From Chiloscyllium plagiosum (lineage: Eukaryota): 20,000 bases of DNA. The stretch spans positions 6,769,116-6,789,115 of the forward strand of contig NC_057757.1 of NCBI RefSeq assembly GCF_004010195.1, given 5' to 3'. The notes under the pieces were generated by a model. It worked only from the letters and a program-made list of their open reading frames with translations. It was not told the origin of the DNA and made no database searches. The translations under genes and the position numbers were made by a program. Below are positions 18,392 to 20,000 of this stretch, piece by piece (within the stretch, counting starts at the first letter, position 1; each line of letters opens with the position of its first letter).

Positions 18392-18695
18392 AATGTTAAA
18401 TGTTTTCATCCTTCAGTGGTTCCTAAAACGTAGTCATGTCCTGTCTTATAGCACTGAAGTAATTCATGTTGGCATTTTGGGAGTTGGCATCCCATTTATA
18501 ACAAGATGATAAAGGAGAATACAGGATACAGTGGCACATTTCTCTTTTAAAAAACTAGTTTCATTCACTCAGACAGTGGCTGCAGATTCCTTCTCCAGAC
18601 CTCCAGAGGGAGCCACTCTGCCTAACTTCAAGGCTACGGCCCAAGTCACCTCTCGCTTAACCTCACATCTTCCTCATCAGTCCTTCTCCATAATG

Positions 18696-18747
18696 GATGG
18701 CCATCTTGGTGTGACGTCACTGCGCAGACCCTTGTGCCTTTGCGTCA
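18696..18747. promoter_or_regulatory. Promoter-type motif cluster (YY1, CRE, NRF1-like, half-CRE)
   Basis: GCCATCTT 18700-18707, GTGACGTCAC 18711-18720, TGCGCAGA 18721-18728, TGCGTCA 18741-18747. Confidence 0.45.
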
Positions 18748-18904
18748 CCCAGATCATTGTGAGACTGTCAGAAGTAATAGAATAACAGGATCACATTGCC
18801 ACAAAAAAACTGCCACTTGTGCAGTGGCGCGGGGAGGCCAGCAGACGGTGGCATTGTATCACTTTAAATTAAAGTGGGAAAACTGGGGAAGGATAATACT
18901 CAAA

Positions 18905-20000
18905 GGGAGAGTTGGTGCAATTCCAGGATTTCAGCAGAGATGGTAAATGGGAGAGTTGGAGCAGTCCCAGGATTTCTGCAGGATTGGTAAATGGGAGAGT
19001 TGGAGCAGTTCCAGGGTTTCTGCAGGGTTGGTCAATGGGAGAGTTCGTGCAGTTCCAGGATTTCTGCAGGGTTGGTAAATGGGAGAGTTGGAGCAGTTCC
19101 AGGAGTTCTGCAGGGTTGCTGGATGGGAGAGTTGGTGCAATTCCAGGATTTCTGCAGAGTTGGTAAATGGGAGAGTTGGAGCAGTTCCAGGAGTTCTGCA
19201 GGGTTGGTAAATGGGAGAGTTGGTGCAATTCCAGGATTTCTGCAGAGTTGGTAAATGGGAGGGTTGGAGCTGTTCCAGGATTTCTGCAGGGTTGGTAAAT
19301 GGGAGAGTTGGAGCAGTTCCATGATTTCTGCAGGGTTGGAAAATGGGAGAGTTGGTGCAGTTCCAGGATTTCTGCAGGGTTGGTAAATGGGAGAGTTGGG
19401 GCAGTTCCAGGGTTTCTGCAGGGTTGGTAAATGGGAGAGTTGGAGCAGTTCCAGGAGTTCTGCAGGGTTGGTAAATGGGAGAGTTGGTGCAGTCCCAGGA
19501 TTTCTGCAGGGTTAGTAAATGGGAGAGTTGGAGCAGTTCCAGGGTTTCTGCAGGATTGGTAAATGGGAGAGTTGGAGCAGTTCCAGGGTTTCTGCAGGGT
19601 TGGAAAATGGGAGAGTTGGTGCAGTTCCAGGATTTCTGCTGGGTTGGTAAATGGGAGAGTTGGAGCAGTCCCAGGATCTCTGCAGGGTTGGTAAATGGGA
19701 GAGTTGGGGCAGTTCCAGGATTTCTGCAGGGTTGTTAAATGGGAGAGTTGGTGCAGTTCCAGGGTTTCTGCAGGGTTGGTCAATGGGAGAGATGGGGCAG
19801 TCCCAGGATTTCTGCAAGGTTGGTAAATGGGAGAGTTGGAGCAGTCCCAGGATCTCTGCAGGGTTGGTAAATGGGAGAGTTGGAGCAGTTCCAGGATTTC
19901 TGCAGGGTTGGTAAATGGGAGAGTTGGGGCAGTTCCAGGATTTCTGCAGGGTTGTTAAATGGGAGAGTTGGTGCAGTTCCAGGGTTTCTGCAGGGTTGGT
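18905..20000. repeat. 44-bp satellite/minisatellite, ~25 copies, continuing past the window edge
   Basis: Consensus GGGAGAGTTGGAGCAGTTCCAGGATTTCTGCAGGGTTGGTAAAT at an exact 44-bp period (units at 18905, 19081, 19741, 19961); substitutions only. Confidence 0.98.

Noticed and set aside
18640..18685. CTGATGA on the minus strand (also plus at ~6634 and ~13933) as hammerheads
   Set aside because: No stem II plus GAAA plus stem I architecture follows.
18869..19914. 304-aa and other ORFs in the 44-bp array as genes
   Set aside because: By-product of a stop-free repeat unit whose length is not a multiple of 3; no domain similarity.
18905..20000. CRISPR-like array
   Set aside because: Head-to-tail units without unique spacers, no cas genes, and vertebrate context. 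The same applies to 13584-13811.

Overview
Eukaryotic, repeat-dense vertebrate DNA. The repeat content points to a shark or other elasmobranch (inference): tRNA-headed HE1-type SINEs, CR1 LINEs, Rex1, L2, Penelope-like elements (PLEs) and a GPR139-like receptor family member. There are two assembly gaps (5895-6394, 7023-7288) and no intact protein-coding gene. Main contents: (1) a decayed, nearly full-length CR1 LINE on the minus strand (~7968-12855; esterase ORF1, endonuclease and RT) with two PLE fragments and a SINE nested in its 3' end; (2) seven PLE fragments, five carrying remnants of minimal hammerhead ribozymes and four showing an inverted 5' segment; (3) a two-exon GPR139-like class A GPCR pseudogene (~14834-16524) with at least six lesions; (4) a 19-bp E-box-rich minisatellite; (5) a possible solo LTR; (6) a YY1/CRE/NRF1-like motif cluster; (7) an indel-free 44-bp satellite running off the right edge. 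Most ORFs in the supplied track are transposon debris, gap artefacts or repeat artefacts. I cannot support a wholly new biological system. The most interesting signals concern PLE hammerheads, inversions and target-site microhomology. Family names come from my recollection of consensus sequences and need a RepeatMasker/Dfam check.
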